Source: an uncultured Spirochaetota bacterium (GTDB taxonomy: Bacteria > Spirochaetota > Spirochaetia > SZUA-6 > CAVTHK01). Taken from it: a stretch of 64,000 nucleotides of DNA. This document shows, in pieces, positions 10,724 through 20,736 of this stretch. The translations under genes were made by a program, and so were the position numbers. How positions within the stretch are numbered: the stretch's first letter is position 1; each line of letters opens with the position of its first letter. The DNA lies in assembly GCA_963734495.1 (NCBI GenBank), contig CAVTHK010000001.1:608001-672000 (forward strand), written 5' to 3'. Under the pieces are notes generated by a model, which had not been told where the DNA came from, ran no database searches, and was given only the letters and a program-made list of their open reading frames with translations.

Positions 10724-11680
10724 TCACCTCCTCGACAGTGATTCCATGATGCGTAGGCCTGACAACACCTCGGGAGCGGCCGGGAACTTCTCCAGCTCGT
10801 TCGCCGCCACATACTGGTACATCCGCAGGTGACCGGCATCAAAGGATGCCGGACTCAGGGCGTCCCCTTCGGGCGCGGGAACGTCCTTGACGTCCCAGTG
10901 GTCCACGCGGCTCAAGTTGGGACCGGAAACACGGATGGACCCGCGCTCGGCGATGAAGATGGCCTCGGTCGCCACGTTGCGCCGGTACGCGCTCACGGTC
11001 GCGTTGAGCGAAGCCACCGTGTCGCAGTCGAACCGCATGGACGCCGATACGGTGTCCGGTGTCTCGAGGCCCCGGAGCCTTCCGCAGAAGCCTTCCCATC
11101 GCTCGACGCCGCCAAGAAGATAGAGCAGCGCGTCCAGGTAATGGCTGGCCTGGGTGAAGAGCACTCCCCCGTCCATAGCGGCGGTGCCATGCCAATCGGT
11201 CCTGAAATACTCGTCGTTGCGGTTCCACAGCACGTTGATCACGACTTGATAGATCTTCCCGAGCGCGCCCTCCCGGATCAGATTCCTCAGAATCTGTACG
11301 AGCGGGTTGTAGCGAAGCTGATAGACCGGCAGAATCGTCTTGCCGCTGCGGGAGGCGACATCGTAGAGAGCCTTCGCGTCGGTTTCGGAGAGGGCCAGAG
11401 GCTTCTCGCAGACAACGAAGCGGGCTGAAGTCGACTCCAGTGCCTCCCGGACGTGGACCGAATGCAGACCCGAAGGGGACGCCACCACGACGACGTCAAC
11501 ATCGCCGAAACCGGCTGCCGACGTCGTCCAAGGGATCTTTCTCGGGTCTGCGACCTCCCGGGCCTTTTCAACGAGTATGTCGGACACCACGGCAAGCGAC
11601 AGCCCCGGCACCTTGTCGATCGCATCGATATGACGTCGGGCTATCCGCCCACATCCCACCAGACCTACTCTTCCCACCAT
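10724..11680 (-). CDS. wbpB: Gfo/Idh/MocA oxidoreductase (WbpB/WlbA-like 3-dehydrogenase)
   Basis: GCGRIA Rossmann motif, CEKP, WNRNDEYF..WHGT..DGGVLFTQASHYLD; position upstream of the wbpE/D/A-like genes. Confidence 0.75.
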   Translation of the reverse strand: MVGRVGLVGCGRIARRHIDAIDKVPGLSLAVVSDILVEKAREVADPRKIPWTTSAAGFGDVDVVVVASPSGLHSVHVREALESTSARFVVCEKPLALSETDAKALYDVASRSGKTILPVYQLRYNPLVQILRNLIREGALGKIYQVVINVLWNRNDEYFRTDWHGTAAMDGGVLFTQASHYLDALLYLLGGVERWEGFCGRLRGLETPDTVSASMRFDCDTVASLNATVSAYRRNVATEAIFIAERGSIRVSGPNLSRVDHWDVKDVPAPEGDALSPASFDAGHLRMYQYVAANELEKFPAAPEVLSGLRIMESLSRR

Positions 11681-11711
11681 ACCACCGCCCGTTGCGTTCT
11701 CCGCGCTGAAT

Positions 11712-13634
11712 TCAGGACTCAGAAATGGAAAGCAGGCGCGTCCATCTCACGTAGTTCAGATATCGCCACAACTTCGCGTGACTGAGTGCGGCGCCCCGGA
11801 GCGAAGACTCCCACGAGCCGCGAACCACCGCACCGTCGACGATCTCGCTGTCGGCCGCCGATGCTATCACTTGATCGACCCATCCCCGGGCCTGTCTGAG
11901 CCAGTCGCGCTGCGGCGTGACGAACCCGATCTTGTCGCGCCGGTCGAGAATTTCGTCGGGCGCGATGCCTCTCATGGCTTCACGCAGCACCGACTTTGAC
12001 CGCCCGTCGCCGTCAACCAGGTATTGCTCGGGGAGAGCAAGCGAGAACTCCGCGATCTCCCTCGTGAGAAAAGGGACTCGATTCTCGATCGAGTACGTCA
12101 TGGCGTTCCTGTCTCCGTGCCTCAAAAGGGTGGGAAGCCCGGAAACGACAAGAGAATGGGCGAGCTCCTCCTTGACTTTGTCGGTACCCCTAACGCGCAG
12201 GCGCGTCTGAGCCCGGTCGGACACCGCCTGTCCGGCTTCACGCCTGAGCCAGCCGTCCGAGCCTCGCAGGCGCGATCTGGCCGCGCGATACAGCCGCGGG
12301 GCCGCATCCGCGGCCAGGCCCCTCAGGATTCCGCGCGTCGATCTTCCCGGCCACGCCGAGGCACGCCTCAGGAGACTCGCGGCCTGCAGCCAGCGTCCTC
12401 GCAGCAGGAGCGTGTGCAGCCGCTGCGGAACATACCCCCCGTAGCCGGCGAACAGCTCGTCCGCCCCCTGGCCTTCGAGCATGACCTTGATCCCATGACG
12501 CGCGGCAAGCCTGAATACCCGATCCTGCGCGTAGATACTCGTGCTGGCGAAGGGCTCGCCCAGCCTTCGGATCAGGCGGTCGACATCCTCAGCCAGCTCG
12601 TCACCCGTGGAAATCGTCTTGTGCGCGGAAGCCCCGGCGGCCTGGTTGGCAAGGTCCACCCAGGCCTCCTCGGAATCGCTGCTTCCGCGTGCCACGAAAC
12701 TGAAGGTCTTGAGGTCGATGCCCGGTGCCACGGCCCGGATGCCGCACGCGATCGAAGCGGAGTCGATTCCGCCGGAAAGCGCCACTCCGAGCGGGACGTC
12801 GCTGCGCAGATGGATCCGAAGGCTCTCGAGGAGGAGCCTTCTGAGCTCTGCTTTCGCCTCATCGAAGCCCCAACGCCAACGGGTCTCTGCCGCCGGCGCC
12901 CAGTACTGCCGCGCCTGCGCAAGCTGCCCCTTGGCGACGCTTGCACGAACGAAATGAGCGGGGGGAACCTGGTGAATCCCGAGGACCATCGTGTCGCTGC
13001 CGGCGTCCACTTCGCCGTGGTCCAGAAAAGCAATCGCGCGCGTCCGGTTGACTCTTCTATCCGTTCCCGGGAAGTCGAGTATCGCCTCGATCTCGGAGGC
13101 GAACGTGATGCCGTTCGCGCCGGCCTGGTAGAAGAGCGGCTTGATCCCGAAGAAGTCCCTTGCCAGAACGACCTCGTCGGCTTCGCGATCATAGATCGCG
13201 AACGCGAACATGCCGACAAGCCGAAGCAGGCACGAAAGCCCCCAGTGGGCGTAAGCCCGGAGAAGAACCTCCGTGTCACTCCTCGTGGAAAACCCGATGC
13301 CGCAGCCCTCGAGCTCGCGCCGCAGCTCGAGGTAGTTGTAGATCTCGCCGTTGTACGTGATCGTGAAGCGCCCATCCTCGGTAGACATCGGCTGATGCCC
13401 ATCCGGCGAAAGATCGATGATCGAGAGTCGGGTGTGGCCGAGCAGAAGGTGACAACTGCCGCTGTCCTTCGCTGTGTCCGGACCGATCGGCGTGCGGCGC
13501 CCGTCGAACTGCATCCAACCGCGGTCGTCGGGACCCCGGTGTCTCACGCGTGCGGCCACGGAAAGCGCCGCGGCGCGCACCGCGCCGTGCTCCCTGTATC
13601 GGGGAGACGGAATCCAGCCGAATATTCCACACAC
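11712..13634 (-). CDS. asnB: Asparagine-synthase-like glutamine amidotransferase (glycan amidation type), copy 1
   Basis: GTG-C-G-I N-terminal nucleophile, HRGPD, HTRLSIIDLS, NGEIYNY, LSGGIDS, GQGADELFAGY, ENRVPFL. Confidence 0.9.
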   Translation of the reverse strand: MCGIFGWIPSPRYREHGAVRAAALSVAARVRHRGPDDRGWMQFDGRRTPIGPDTAKDSGSCHLLLGHTRLSIIDLSPDGHQPMSTEDGRFTITYNGEIYNYLELRRELEGCGIGFSTRSDTEVLLRAYAHWGLSCLLRLVGMFAFAIYDREADEVVLARDFFGIKPLFYQAGANGITFASEIEAILDFPGTDRRVNRTRAIAFLDHGEVDAGSDTMVLGIHQVPPAHFVRASVAKGQLAQARQYWAPAAETRWRWGFDEAKAELRRLLLESLRIHLRSDVPLGVALSGGIDSASIACGIRAVAPGIDLKTFSFVARGSSDSEEAWVDLANQAAGASAHKTISTGDELAEDVDRLIRRLGEPFASTSIYAQDRVFRLAARHGIKVMLEGQGADELFAGYGGYVPQRLHTLLLRGRWLQAASLLRRASAWPGRSTRGILRGLAADAAPRLYRAARSRLRGSDGWLRREAGQAVSDRAQTRLRVRGTDKVKEELAHSLVVSGLPTLLRHGDRNAMTYSIENRVPFLTREIAEFSLALPEQYLVDGDGRSKSVLREAMRGIAPDEILDRRDKIGFVTPQRDWLRQARGWVDQVIASAADSEIVDGAVVRGSWESSLRGAALSHAKLWRYLNYVRWTRLLSISES

Positions 13635-14812
13635 TACGGATTCCCCCGGGCTCGGCGAAGCCGTCGGCATCTCTCATAATCGCCTGCCACGGAGGCCGCG
13701 ATCCTGAGGGGATCATGCCACTTTTCGACGAACAGCCGGGACCGCCGTCCGACGTCCGCCAACTCGTCCCGTCTCGATGACAGCCAGTCCCTGAGCACGC
13801 CGTAGATAGTGGCCGGCTCGGCGCGGATGATCGGCATCTCCTGGCGCATCTCCGCGGGGATGTACTTGAGATCCTCGTCGCGAACGTAGCACACGACGGG
13901 CTTTCCGAGCGCCATGGCTTCCACCGCCAGGGCGCCGTACCAGCCGGCCAGGAGCTGATCGACGACGAGATCGGCCGACTCGTACACACGGCGCGCTTCG
14001 GAATGAGACACCCTCTCGACGAGACGCATTTCGACCGGTACGCCGTCCCTTCCTAATTGTTCAATGGCCTCGAGAACATACCTCGTTCCCTTGACCTGAC
14101 GGTGGCTCGGCGCGTGCACCACGACGGCGCAGCGCCCGGTGTCGGATGAAGGATAGACGGGGGCCCACCGCTGCGGATCTACCGAAGCATACGCCAGGAA
14201 CCTGGCCTTTGGAGGAAGCATGTTCAGGAGATCGGGGTTCACGGCGTATATGATGTCGGCATGCCGGCCGATGTATGCTATGTCGCGCCGCTTCCTCCGA
14301 TCGCTTCGAGCGGTATAGTAGTCCGCGGCAACTTCGCGGGCGAACGTGACGCGGTAGTTGCGGCGGCAGTAATCGCCTTGCCGCGCATCGTCGCCCTGGA
14401 AAGTCATGACGACTGTCTTGCGCAGTGTCCGCAGGACGGCAAGATCCTTGAGCCGGACGGCGCGCAAGTAAAGGGCATAGCACAACCGGGCGAGCCGGGC
14501 GACGAGCGACGGGGCGACTGCCTTCTTCAGAGCGCCAACCGAGAGGATGCTGGAGCCAAAGTTGAAGTGCACGACGTCGCAACGGGCGATGGCCCGCATC
14601 AGCAGCCACCAGCGCGCAAGCTCACGCCTGAGGATGCCGTCGCGGTGGCTCCAGAGCACCCTGTCGCTCCTGAAGCCGAAGCTTGAATGCCGAAACGCCA
14701 CCAGGGAGCTCGACAGCCCGAGCTCCCTCTCGGCCTCCGCGAGTCCCCGTGGGTTGCCCGCTATGTTGTCAGGGCAGTGAAGGACCCGCAGGGGTCGTTT
14801 GCTGACGCTCAC
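13634..14812 (-). CDS. Glycosyltransferase-like protein (GT-B)
   Basis: VVHAPSHRQVKGT; DLVVDQLLAGWYGALAVEAMALGKPVV. Confidence 0.75.
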   Translation of the reverse strand: MSVSKRPLRVLHCPDNIAGNPRGLAEAERELGLSSSLVAFRHSSFGFRSDRVLWSHRDGILRRELARWWLLMRAIARCDVVHFNFGSSILSVGALKKAVAPSLVARLARLCYALYLRAVRLKDLAVLRTLRKTVVMTFQGDDARQGDYCRRNYRVTFAREVAADYYTARSDRRKRRDIAYIGRHADIIYAVNPDLLNMLPPKARFLAYASVDPQRWAPVYPSSDTGRCAVVVHAPSHRQVKGTRYVLEAIEQLGRDGVPVEMRLVERVSHSEARRVYESADLVVDQLLAGWYGALAVEAMALGKPVVCYVRDEDLKYIPAEMRQEMPIIRAEPATIYGVLRDWLSSRRDELADVGRRSRLFVEKWHDPLRIAASVAGDYERCRRLRRARGNP

Positions 14813-16016
14813 GGCTCGGAAGGACTCCTATCTTGCGGTTGATATCGTCGAATACTCGACCGACGGACTCCAGCGAATGGTGGTCGAGCACGTATTGCCT
14901 GGATCTCTTTGAGAGATCCTCCAGATCGCAGGCTCCGAGTGCCAGTGCGCGTATGGTCTCCTTGACTGTGAACGGGTCACACCTGACGACAGGCAGCTCG
15001 CTTTCCCGCAAGAGCCCGGCGACGCGATAGAGCTGCTCCAGCTTGGGGTCGATGTAGGTGACGACCGGCCGCCCCATCGCCATCGCTTCCAGGGCGAAGA
15101 TCCCGTACCAGCCGATGATGAGCTGCTCGACGACGACGTCCACCGTGTCCAGGATGCGGCGTATCTCGTCGTTCGACACCTTCTGTACGACGACCAGCTC
15201 GACGGGCAGGCCTTCGCGCGCCAGGGCGTTGACGGCCTCCTCCACGAACCGTGTCCCCTTGATGGCTTTGTGATTGGGGGCGTGAAGGAGCCGCAGCGGG
15301 CGGTCGGCCGAGAACCCGGTCCGCCGGTCGAGCGGGCGGGTCGTCTTCCACAAGTCGGTATCCACGGAGAAATGCGCCAGCATGAGGGTGTCCCAGTGGT
15401 GCATGTAGTAGACCCAGTCACAGCCCGAGATGACGTGACTGGCACGTCGCGACCAGTGCTCTACCTGCCACCTGATTCGCGATCGCTTCTCTTTCTGGAA
15501 GAGGGGATAGTCGGTCATCATAGCGTGGCGGTAGAGCAGGTTCGGACACAGTCCGAGATCCTGAACGTCCCCCCCGTAGGGCATGACCACCGTCTTGATG
15601 CTCGCTGTCTTCAGCAGCCAAGACTCCAGCCCCGCCAGGGGGGTGGACCGCAGCGGCCCTCCGTTGAAGTAGATGTACAGGCAACGGTAGCGAAAGATGC
15701 AGGTCAGGAAGAGCCGATAGGCACGGTTCCTGTGCGACCAGCGGTCTGCTCGCACGTCGAACTCATCCGTGATGAAGTAAACACTGTCGACGAAAGTCTC
15801 AACTGAGTACCCGCATCGGCGGAGAGCCTTCTTGTGGTGCACATTGTTGATGAGCGGTTCGGGCCCCAGGCCCACATCGACGGGTTTGCGGCAGAACCTC
15901 GCCACTGCAGCGGCTGGCACGATTGCGAGCGCCCAGAGGGCGGCCCTCAGCAGCCGAATCGTTGTTCCAGCCGCGACCCGGAAATGCGAGTGTAGACGGG
16001 CGCGCCGTTCGTTCAT
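14769..16016 (-). CDS. Glycosyltransferase-like protein (GT-B), paralog of 13634..14812
   Basis: LLHAPNHKAIKGT; DVVVEQLIIGWYGIFALEAMAMGRPVV. Confidence 0.75.
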   Translation of the reverse strand: MNERRARLHSHFRVAAGTTIRLLRAALWALAIVPAAAVARFCRKPVDVGLGPEPLINNVHHKKALRRCGYSVETFVDSVYFITDEFDVRADRWSHRNRAYRLFLTCIFRYRCLYIYFNGGPLRSTPLAGLESWLLKTASIKTVVMPYGGDVQDLGLCPNLLYRHAMMTDYPLFQKEKRSRIRWQVEHWSRRASHVISGCDWVYYMHHWDTLMLAHFSVDTDLWKTTRPLDRRTGFSADRPLRLLHAPNHKAIKGTRFVEEAVNALAREGLPVELVVVQKVSNDEIRRILDTVDVVVEQLIIGWYGIFALEAMAMGRPVVTYIDPKLEQLYRVAGLLRESELPVVRCDPFTVKETIRALALGACDLEDLSKRSRQYVLDHHSLESVGRVFDDINRKIGVLPSRERQQTTPAGPSLP

Positions 16017-16939
16017 CGGCTCTGGGTGTTTCGTGCCGTAGAAGCGGGCTTTCGAAAAGAGAGAAAAACCTCATTGCGGCTGTTGTAGACCTTGCGGGCC
16101 AGTTGCAGACCGTGCCCGGCGAACAATCGAACCACCCGGACCGGATCCTCGTAGCGGGAGTGAAAGGCGTCCGGCGCGCCGGCGGGGATGTGGAACGCCG
16201 TGTGGTCGCCGTAGAGCTGAAACCGTCCTACTCTGCGGACATAGGGCGCAGGGCGGCTCTGCGGACGAGGCTTTCCGGTCAAGACGGACCACGCCGACCG
16301 CAGCGCCCGGCGAAGGCCGCGACGCACCGCAGCTTCCCTGTCCTGCATCCGGATCGCAAACGATCTGTCGGACATCCAGACGAATGCCATGCCTCCAGGT
16401 GCGAGCACGCGGCAGGACTCCATGACTCCGCGCTCCTCGGACACAAGATGGTCCAGGCTTGTTGCGAACACCACGTTGTCGATGGAGTTATCCGGCAGCG
16501 GAAGGAACTCGCCGCACCCGGTGATCAGGAATCCGCGGAAGGCGCTCGCGCCGATCGGATCGACTCCCCACAGACGGTACTTTCCCATCTCCGGCCAGTC
16601 GAAGTATCCCGGCATCTCGGACGGTCCGGGGCCGATGTCGGATGCGCCCGTGATCTGCTCCCTGATGAATGCGCCGAAGCGCTTCACGTCGGCGGGTTCC
16701 GGCAACGAGAGGCTTTCTCTGAGCCGGACGTAACCGATCTCCGCGTTGTTGTTCAGCGCAGCGTTCAGGAGGTACCTGCGGCCCTAGCGTTCGAAGAGTA
16801 GCTTCCGGTAGTCGTAGGCGAGGCGGGGGTCTCCTGCCTGGTATTCCATGCCGCACCGAGCGCACCGGGACATCCCGGGCTTCTGCGCGAGATCCTGAAC
16901 GTGCCCGCACGAGACGCACCTGATGGTCATCGTCGTCAT
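16013..16939 (-). pseudogene. Zn-ribbon + class I SAM methyltransferase with an in-frame TAG at 16784-16786 (nonsense mutation, base error or readthrough)
   Basis: ATG overlaps the upstream stop (ATGA); CVSC..CARC; after LLFER* the same frame continues GRRYLLN..DIGPG..GVDP..GEFLPLPDNSIDNVVFATSLDH..RVLAPGG. Confidence 0.65.
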
Positions 16940-17892
16940 CTCGGCGCCTTGCGGGCGACGATGTGATGATTGCGCGCCTCGACGGTCCTGCGAATTTCCA
17001 CGAAACCGGCGCCGTTCAGCCAATCGACGATCTCCTCGTAGGGGTGAAGGTCGTTGATTGCGGGGGAGATGGCGTCGAAATAGCCGTGGATGAACTTCTC
17101 GCGGTCTGCATCTCGCGATTGCGGAAAGCGATCATCGTTCATGCCCTTGCGGAGGGCTGCCAGCTTCTCCTCGTGGCTCATGTGACTGGTCGTGCGGCGC
17201 CAGTACTCGTAGAGGTTCAGTTCGAGGTAATCGCCGAGCTCCCCGAATCTCGGCTCCCCGTAGATCATGAGGAAGAGATAGCCGCCGGGCGCGACCATTG
17301 GAACCAGGTTCTGGAACGCCCGATGGGTGTCGCCGGTATGGTGCAGGACGCCATAGCACCAGACCAGGTCGAACACGTCCGGAACCGGTGTCCCGCGCAG
17401 GATATCCGCCTCCAAGGTGCGGTGGCCGGCAAAGCATCCGCATGCCGACCGGGTGGCGTCGAGACCTTGGCGGCTCTGGTCGATCGAGAGGACCGTGGCG
17501 CCGAGAACGCACAGACCGTAGGAGAAGCGGCCGTTGCCGCACCCGACGTCGGCGGCCGACTTTCCAGCGAACCAATTCGGGCTGAGCCCTGTGTACTGAC
17601 AGATGCGTTGCGGCACCGCCCGGGCGAACGATGGATTTGCCAGCAGATCGGCCGAATCCGGCAGCCGGTCCCACTGAAAGGAGAAGCTCTCCTTGGTCGC
17701 GGTGATCGCGGCGGTGTCTCTCGCGGCGAGGTCGCACGCCCGGCGGGCCAGACTGCTCGTGCTGCTCAACTGATACTCGAGGTACTGTGTCCTTGCTTCG
17801 AGCAGCGCAAGGCGTCGTCGCAATCCCGGGCGACTCCCGAAGTGCGCCAGGACGGAGAGCCGCCTCGTCAGCTTTCGGATCAAACGAAGCAT
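16936..17892 (-). CDS. Class I SAM-dependent methyltransferase
   Basis: DVGCGNGRFS, FDLVWCYGVLHHT, VAPGG. Confidence 0.88.
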   Translation of the reverse strand: MLRLIRKLTRRLSVLAHFGSRPGLRRRLALLEARTQYLEYQLSSTSSLARRACDLAARDTAAITATKESFSFQWDRLPDSADLLANPSFARAVPQRICQYTGLSPNWFAGKSAADVGCGNGRFSYGLCVLGATVLSIDQSRQGLDATRSACGCFAGHRTLEADILRGTPVPDVFDLVWCYGVLHHTGDTHRAFQNLVPMVAPGGYLFLMIYGEPRFGELGDYLELNLYEYWRRTTSHMSHEEKLAALRKGMNDDRFPQSRDADREKFIHGYFDAISPAINDLHPYEEIVDWLNGAGFVEIRRTVEARNHHIVARKAPR

Positions 17893-17896
17893 CAAC

Positions 17897-19741
17897 TCAC
17901 TCCCATTTCTGCGACGCTCGGCCGTCCTCAGAACAGAACGGGCGCGGGACGGATCGGCCCGCCAGGAAGATCCTGCACCACCCCTCGAAAAACATCAGGC
18001 TCCAGATGATCAGCCTCTCGTCGCTGCCTTCGTCGTGGCGGCGCAGGGTTTCCTCGACGTAGGGTCGGTTGACGTATTCGCCCATGCAGGATTTGGGTCC
18101 GAGCAGGAGATCGCGGATATACTCCCGCAGCTCGCGACGGTACCAAGTCTTGTCCGGAGGAGTGAATCCCTGCTTCCTCTTGTGGATGATCTCCTGCGGA
18201 AGCAGCGGCTCAAAAGCGCGCTTGAGCATGTACTTCGATATCTTGTTCCTGTACTTCAGAGCATCCGGCATGAGGAGGGTCATCTCGACCATCTCGTTGT
18301 CGAGGTAAGGGACCCTCGTCTCGAGGGAGAACGCCATCGACATCTTGTCCTCGACCATCAGCATCCCATGAAGGAACGTCTTGACTTCGAAGTACAGGGC
18401 TTTGTTGATCGGCGACAGGCCCTCCGCGCCGCGAATGAGAGACTCATACGCCTTTCTGGGCGTCTTCGGGTCCATCTCCCGCAGCATCCTCTCGGAGAAG
18501 AGCCTGTGCCTGTCGCCGTCCTTTACCAGACGACTCCAGTAGTCGTAGTAAGCGGCATCGAACTCACGCGGATCGTGCTTGTCCTCGATGATCGCGTAGC
18601 GCCACGGGTAGCCCGCGTAGGTCTCATCGCCGCCGCTTCCGGACAGGTTCACCTTGAGCTCGCTGGCGACGAGCTGCGCGAGGGTATAGAACGTGTAGCA
18701 CATGCCGACCTTGGGGTCTTCGAGGTGCCACACGATCATGGGAAGGGTGTCGATCACATCCTGCGGCGAGATCAGCCGCTCGTGGTGCTTCGTGCCGAAC
18801 ATCTGCGCTATGATGCGGGCGTCGTCCTTTTCGCTGACGCATCTGTCGGTCGGCTCGATGCCGTCGGTGTCGAAATATCCCGTGAACGTCTGAAGGTCCC
18901 GGAAATGCGTGGTCGTGATCGCGGTGATGGCAGAGGAGTCCATGCCGCCGCTGATGGTCGCCCCGATCTCGACATCGCTGATCAGGTGCCGGCCCATCGC
19001 GGCACGGAAGCGCTCGAGGATCATCGACGAGAACTGATCCTCGCTCAGATCCTGCGGCTCATACCTGAGGTCCCAGTAACGGCTCGTGCTCATTCTCCGC
19101 TCTCGGAGATCGAGCTCGAGATTGAAGCCGGCAGGCAGCATCTTGATCCCGGCGAACAGGGTCCGGTCGGAGATGATGTTCTGAAAGGTGAAGTACTCGT
19201 TCAGCCCCTCGGGGTCCACCGCCGCCCGTATGACCTGCGAAGCCAGGATCGCCTTGATCTCGGAGGCCATCACCAGGCGCGCGCCGTCCCAGTAGTAGTA
19301 GAAGGGTTTCACGCCCATCCGATCGCGCGACGCGAAGATCAGGTGCCGGCGGGTGTCGCAGATCACAAACGCCCACATCCCGTTGAACAGCGAGGCGCAC
19401 TGCTCGCCCCACTCCTCGTAGGCGTGCAGGACAACCTCGGTGTCTGTCTGCGACCGGAACTTGTGGCCCTTCGCGAGCAGCTGTGTCCGCAGGTCACGGA
19501 AGTTGTAGACTTCGCCGTTGTAGGAGATGACGAGCGACCCGTCCTCGTTTGCCATGGGCTGGTGACCCAGCGGAGACAGGTCGATGATCGAAAGCCTTCG
19601 GTGGCCGAGAGCGACCTGGTGCCCGGGCCAGATCCAGGACCCGCCATCGTCGGGTCCTCTGTGATGGACGGCGTCGCACATTCGGTCCACGGAGCCCTGG
19701 AGGTCGGGGACCTCCCCGATGAGCGCTACGAAGCCACACAC
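17897..19741 (-). CDS. asnB: Asparagine-synthase-like glutamine amidotransferase, copy 2
   Basis: GTG-C-G-F start, HRGPD, GHRRLSIIDLS, NGEVYNF, ISGGMDSS, GSGGDETYAGY, ETRVPYLD. Confidence 0.9.
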   Translation of the reverse strand: MCGFVALIGEVPDLQGSVDRMCDAVHHRGPDDGGSWIWPGHQVALGHRRLSIIDLSPLGHQPMANEDGSLVISYNGEVYNFRDLRTQLLAKGHKFRSQTDTEVVLHAYEEWGEQCASLFNGMWAFVICDTRRHLIFASRDRMGVKPFYYYWDGARLVMASEIKAILASQVIRAAVDPEGLNEYFTFQNIISDRTLFAGIKMLPAGFNLELDLRERRMSTSRYWDLRYEPQDLSEDQFSSMILERFRAAMGRHLISDVEIGATISGGMDSSAITAITTTHFRDLQTFTGYFDTDGIEPTDRCVSEKDDARIIAQMFGTKHHERLISPQDVIDTLPMIVWHLEDPKVGMCYTFYTLAQLVASELKVNLSGSGGDETYAGYPWRYAIIEDKHDPREFDAAYYDYWSRLVKDGDRHRLFSERMLREMDPKTPRKAYESLIRGAEGLSPINKALYFEVKTFLHGMLMVEDKMSMAFSLETRVPYLDNEMVEMTLLMPDALKYRNKISKYMLKRAFEPLLPQEIIHKRKQGFTPPDKTWYRRELREYIRDLLLGPKSCMGEYVNRPYVEETLRRHDEGSDERLIIWSLMFFEGWCRIFLAGRSVPRPFCSEDGRASQKWE

Positions 19742-20736
19742 TGGTCTTCCGCCCTCGCCCTGCTCAGGTAGCTGACGAACTCGTCCAGCGTCTTCTGCAT
19801 GGTCCCCCAGAAGTCGGTCTCGAACACCGCGGACAGCTCGTCGCGGATCTTCTTGTTCGACACGTCGAAGTACATGATGTCTCCGATGAGTGGATCGCCG
19901 TGCCGGACCTTGTTGCTCGAGCCGGCAAGCCGGAGCAGGCCCGACGCGAGGTCGTTGATGGTTATCTTGATCCCCGACGCTGCGTTGTAGGCCTGTCCGC
20001 TCGCGGCAGGGATGACGGCCGCCCTCAGGTTCGCGTTCACCAGGTCCTTCACCCACGTGAAGGACCTCATCTGCGTGCCGTCGCCGAATACCGTGAGGTC
20101 GCTGCCTTCCTGGATCTTGCGGAGGAATATGGAGACGACCCCGCCGAACTCGTTCGATTCCTGCCGCGGACCGTAGACGTGGAAATAGCGCAGGATCGTC
20201 GTGTCCAGCCCGTAGAGGCGGTGAAACACGTCCACATAGCGCTCGCCCGCGAGCTTCGAGACGCCATAGTACGAAACCGGGCGGAGCGGATGGTCCTCGG
20301 TGGTCGGGAAGATCGTCGGCTCGCCATACACGGAGCCGGTCGAGGCATGCACGAACTTGCGAACCCTGTGCTTGAGGGCGAGTTGCAGCAGCCCGAGCGT
20401 GCCGCCGGCGTTGACCGCAAGGTCCTTCTGCGGATCCAGGAGACAGATGTTCTTCTTGGACGCGGCGTTGTGGAAGACCGTGTCGGTGTCGCTGATCAGG
20501 TCGTTCATCGCGTCGCCGTCGCAGACGTCGCACCGGACCTCGTGGAAGTTGCGCGAGTCCAGGAGGTGCTCGATGTTCCGTTTCTTTCCCGCCGAGTAGT
20601 TGTCGACGCTGTACACCTCGGCGCCCAACCTCACCAGCTCCTCGCAGAGATGGGACCCGATAAAGCCGGCCCCGCCGGTCACGACGACTTTGGCCCCGCG
20701 AAGCCGGTCAAGCTGCTCACCCAGAGCGGTCACCAT
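19726..20736 (-). CDS. NAD-dependent nucleotide-sugar epimerase/dehydratase (extended SDR)
   Basis: VTGGAGFIGSH, YGVSK (YxxxK), LRYFHVYGPRQ, GDGTQMRSF. Confidence 0.9.
   Translation of the reverse strand: MVTALGEQLDRLRGAKVVVTGGAGFIGSHLCEELVRLGAEVYSVDNYSAGKKRNIEHLLDSRNFHEVRCDVCDGDAMNDLISDTDTVFHNAASKKNICLLDPQKDLAVNAGGTLGLLQLALKHRVRKFVHASTGSVYGEPTIFPTTEDHPLRPVSYYGVSKLAGERYVDVFHRLYGLDTTILRYFHVYGPRQESNEFGGVVSIFLRKIQEGSDLTVFGDGTQMRSFTWVKDLVNANLRAAVIPAASGQAYNAASGIKITINDLASGLLRLAGSSNKVRHGDPLIGDIMYFDVSNKKIRDELSAVFETDFWGTMQKTLDEFVSYLSRARAEDQCVAS

Noticed and set aside
16784-16786. Pyrrolysine recoding of the amber codon
   Set aside because: No pyl genes or CUA tRNA in the window, and the protein is a class I SAM enzyme rather than a methylamine methyltransferase; kept only as an unlikely option
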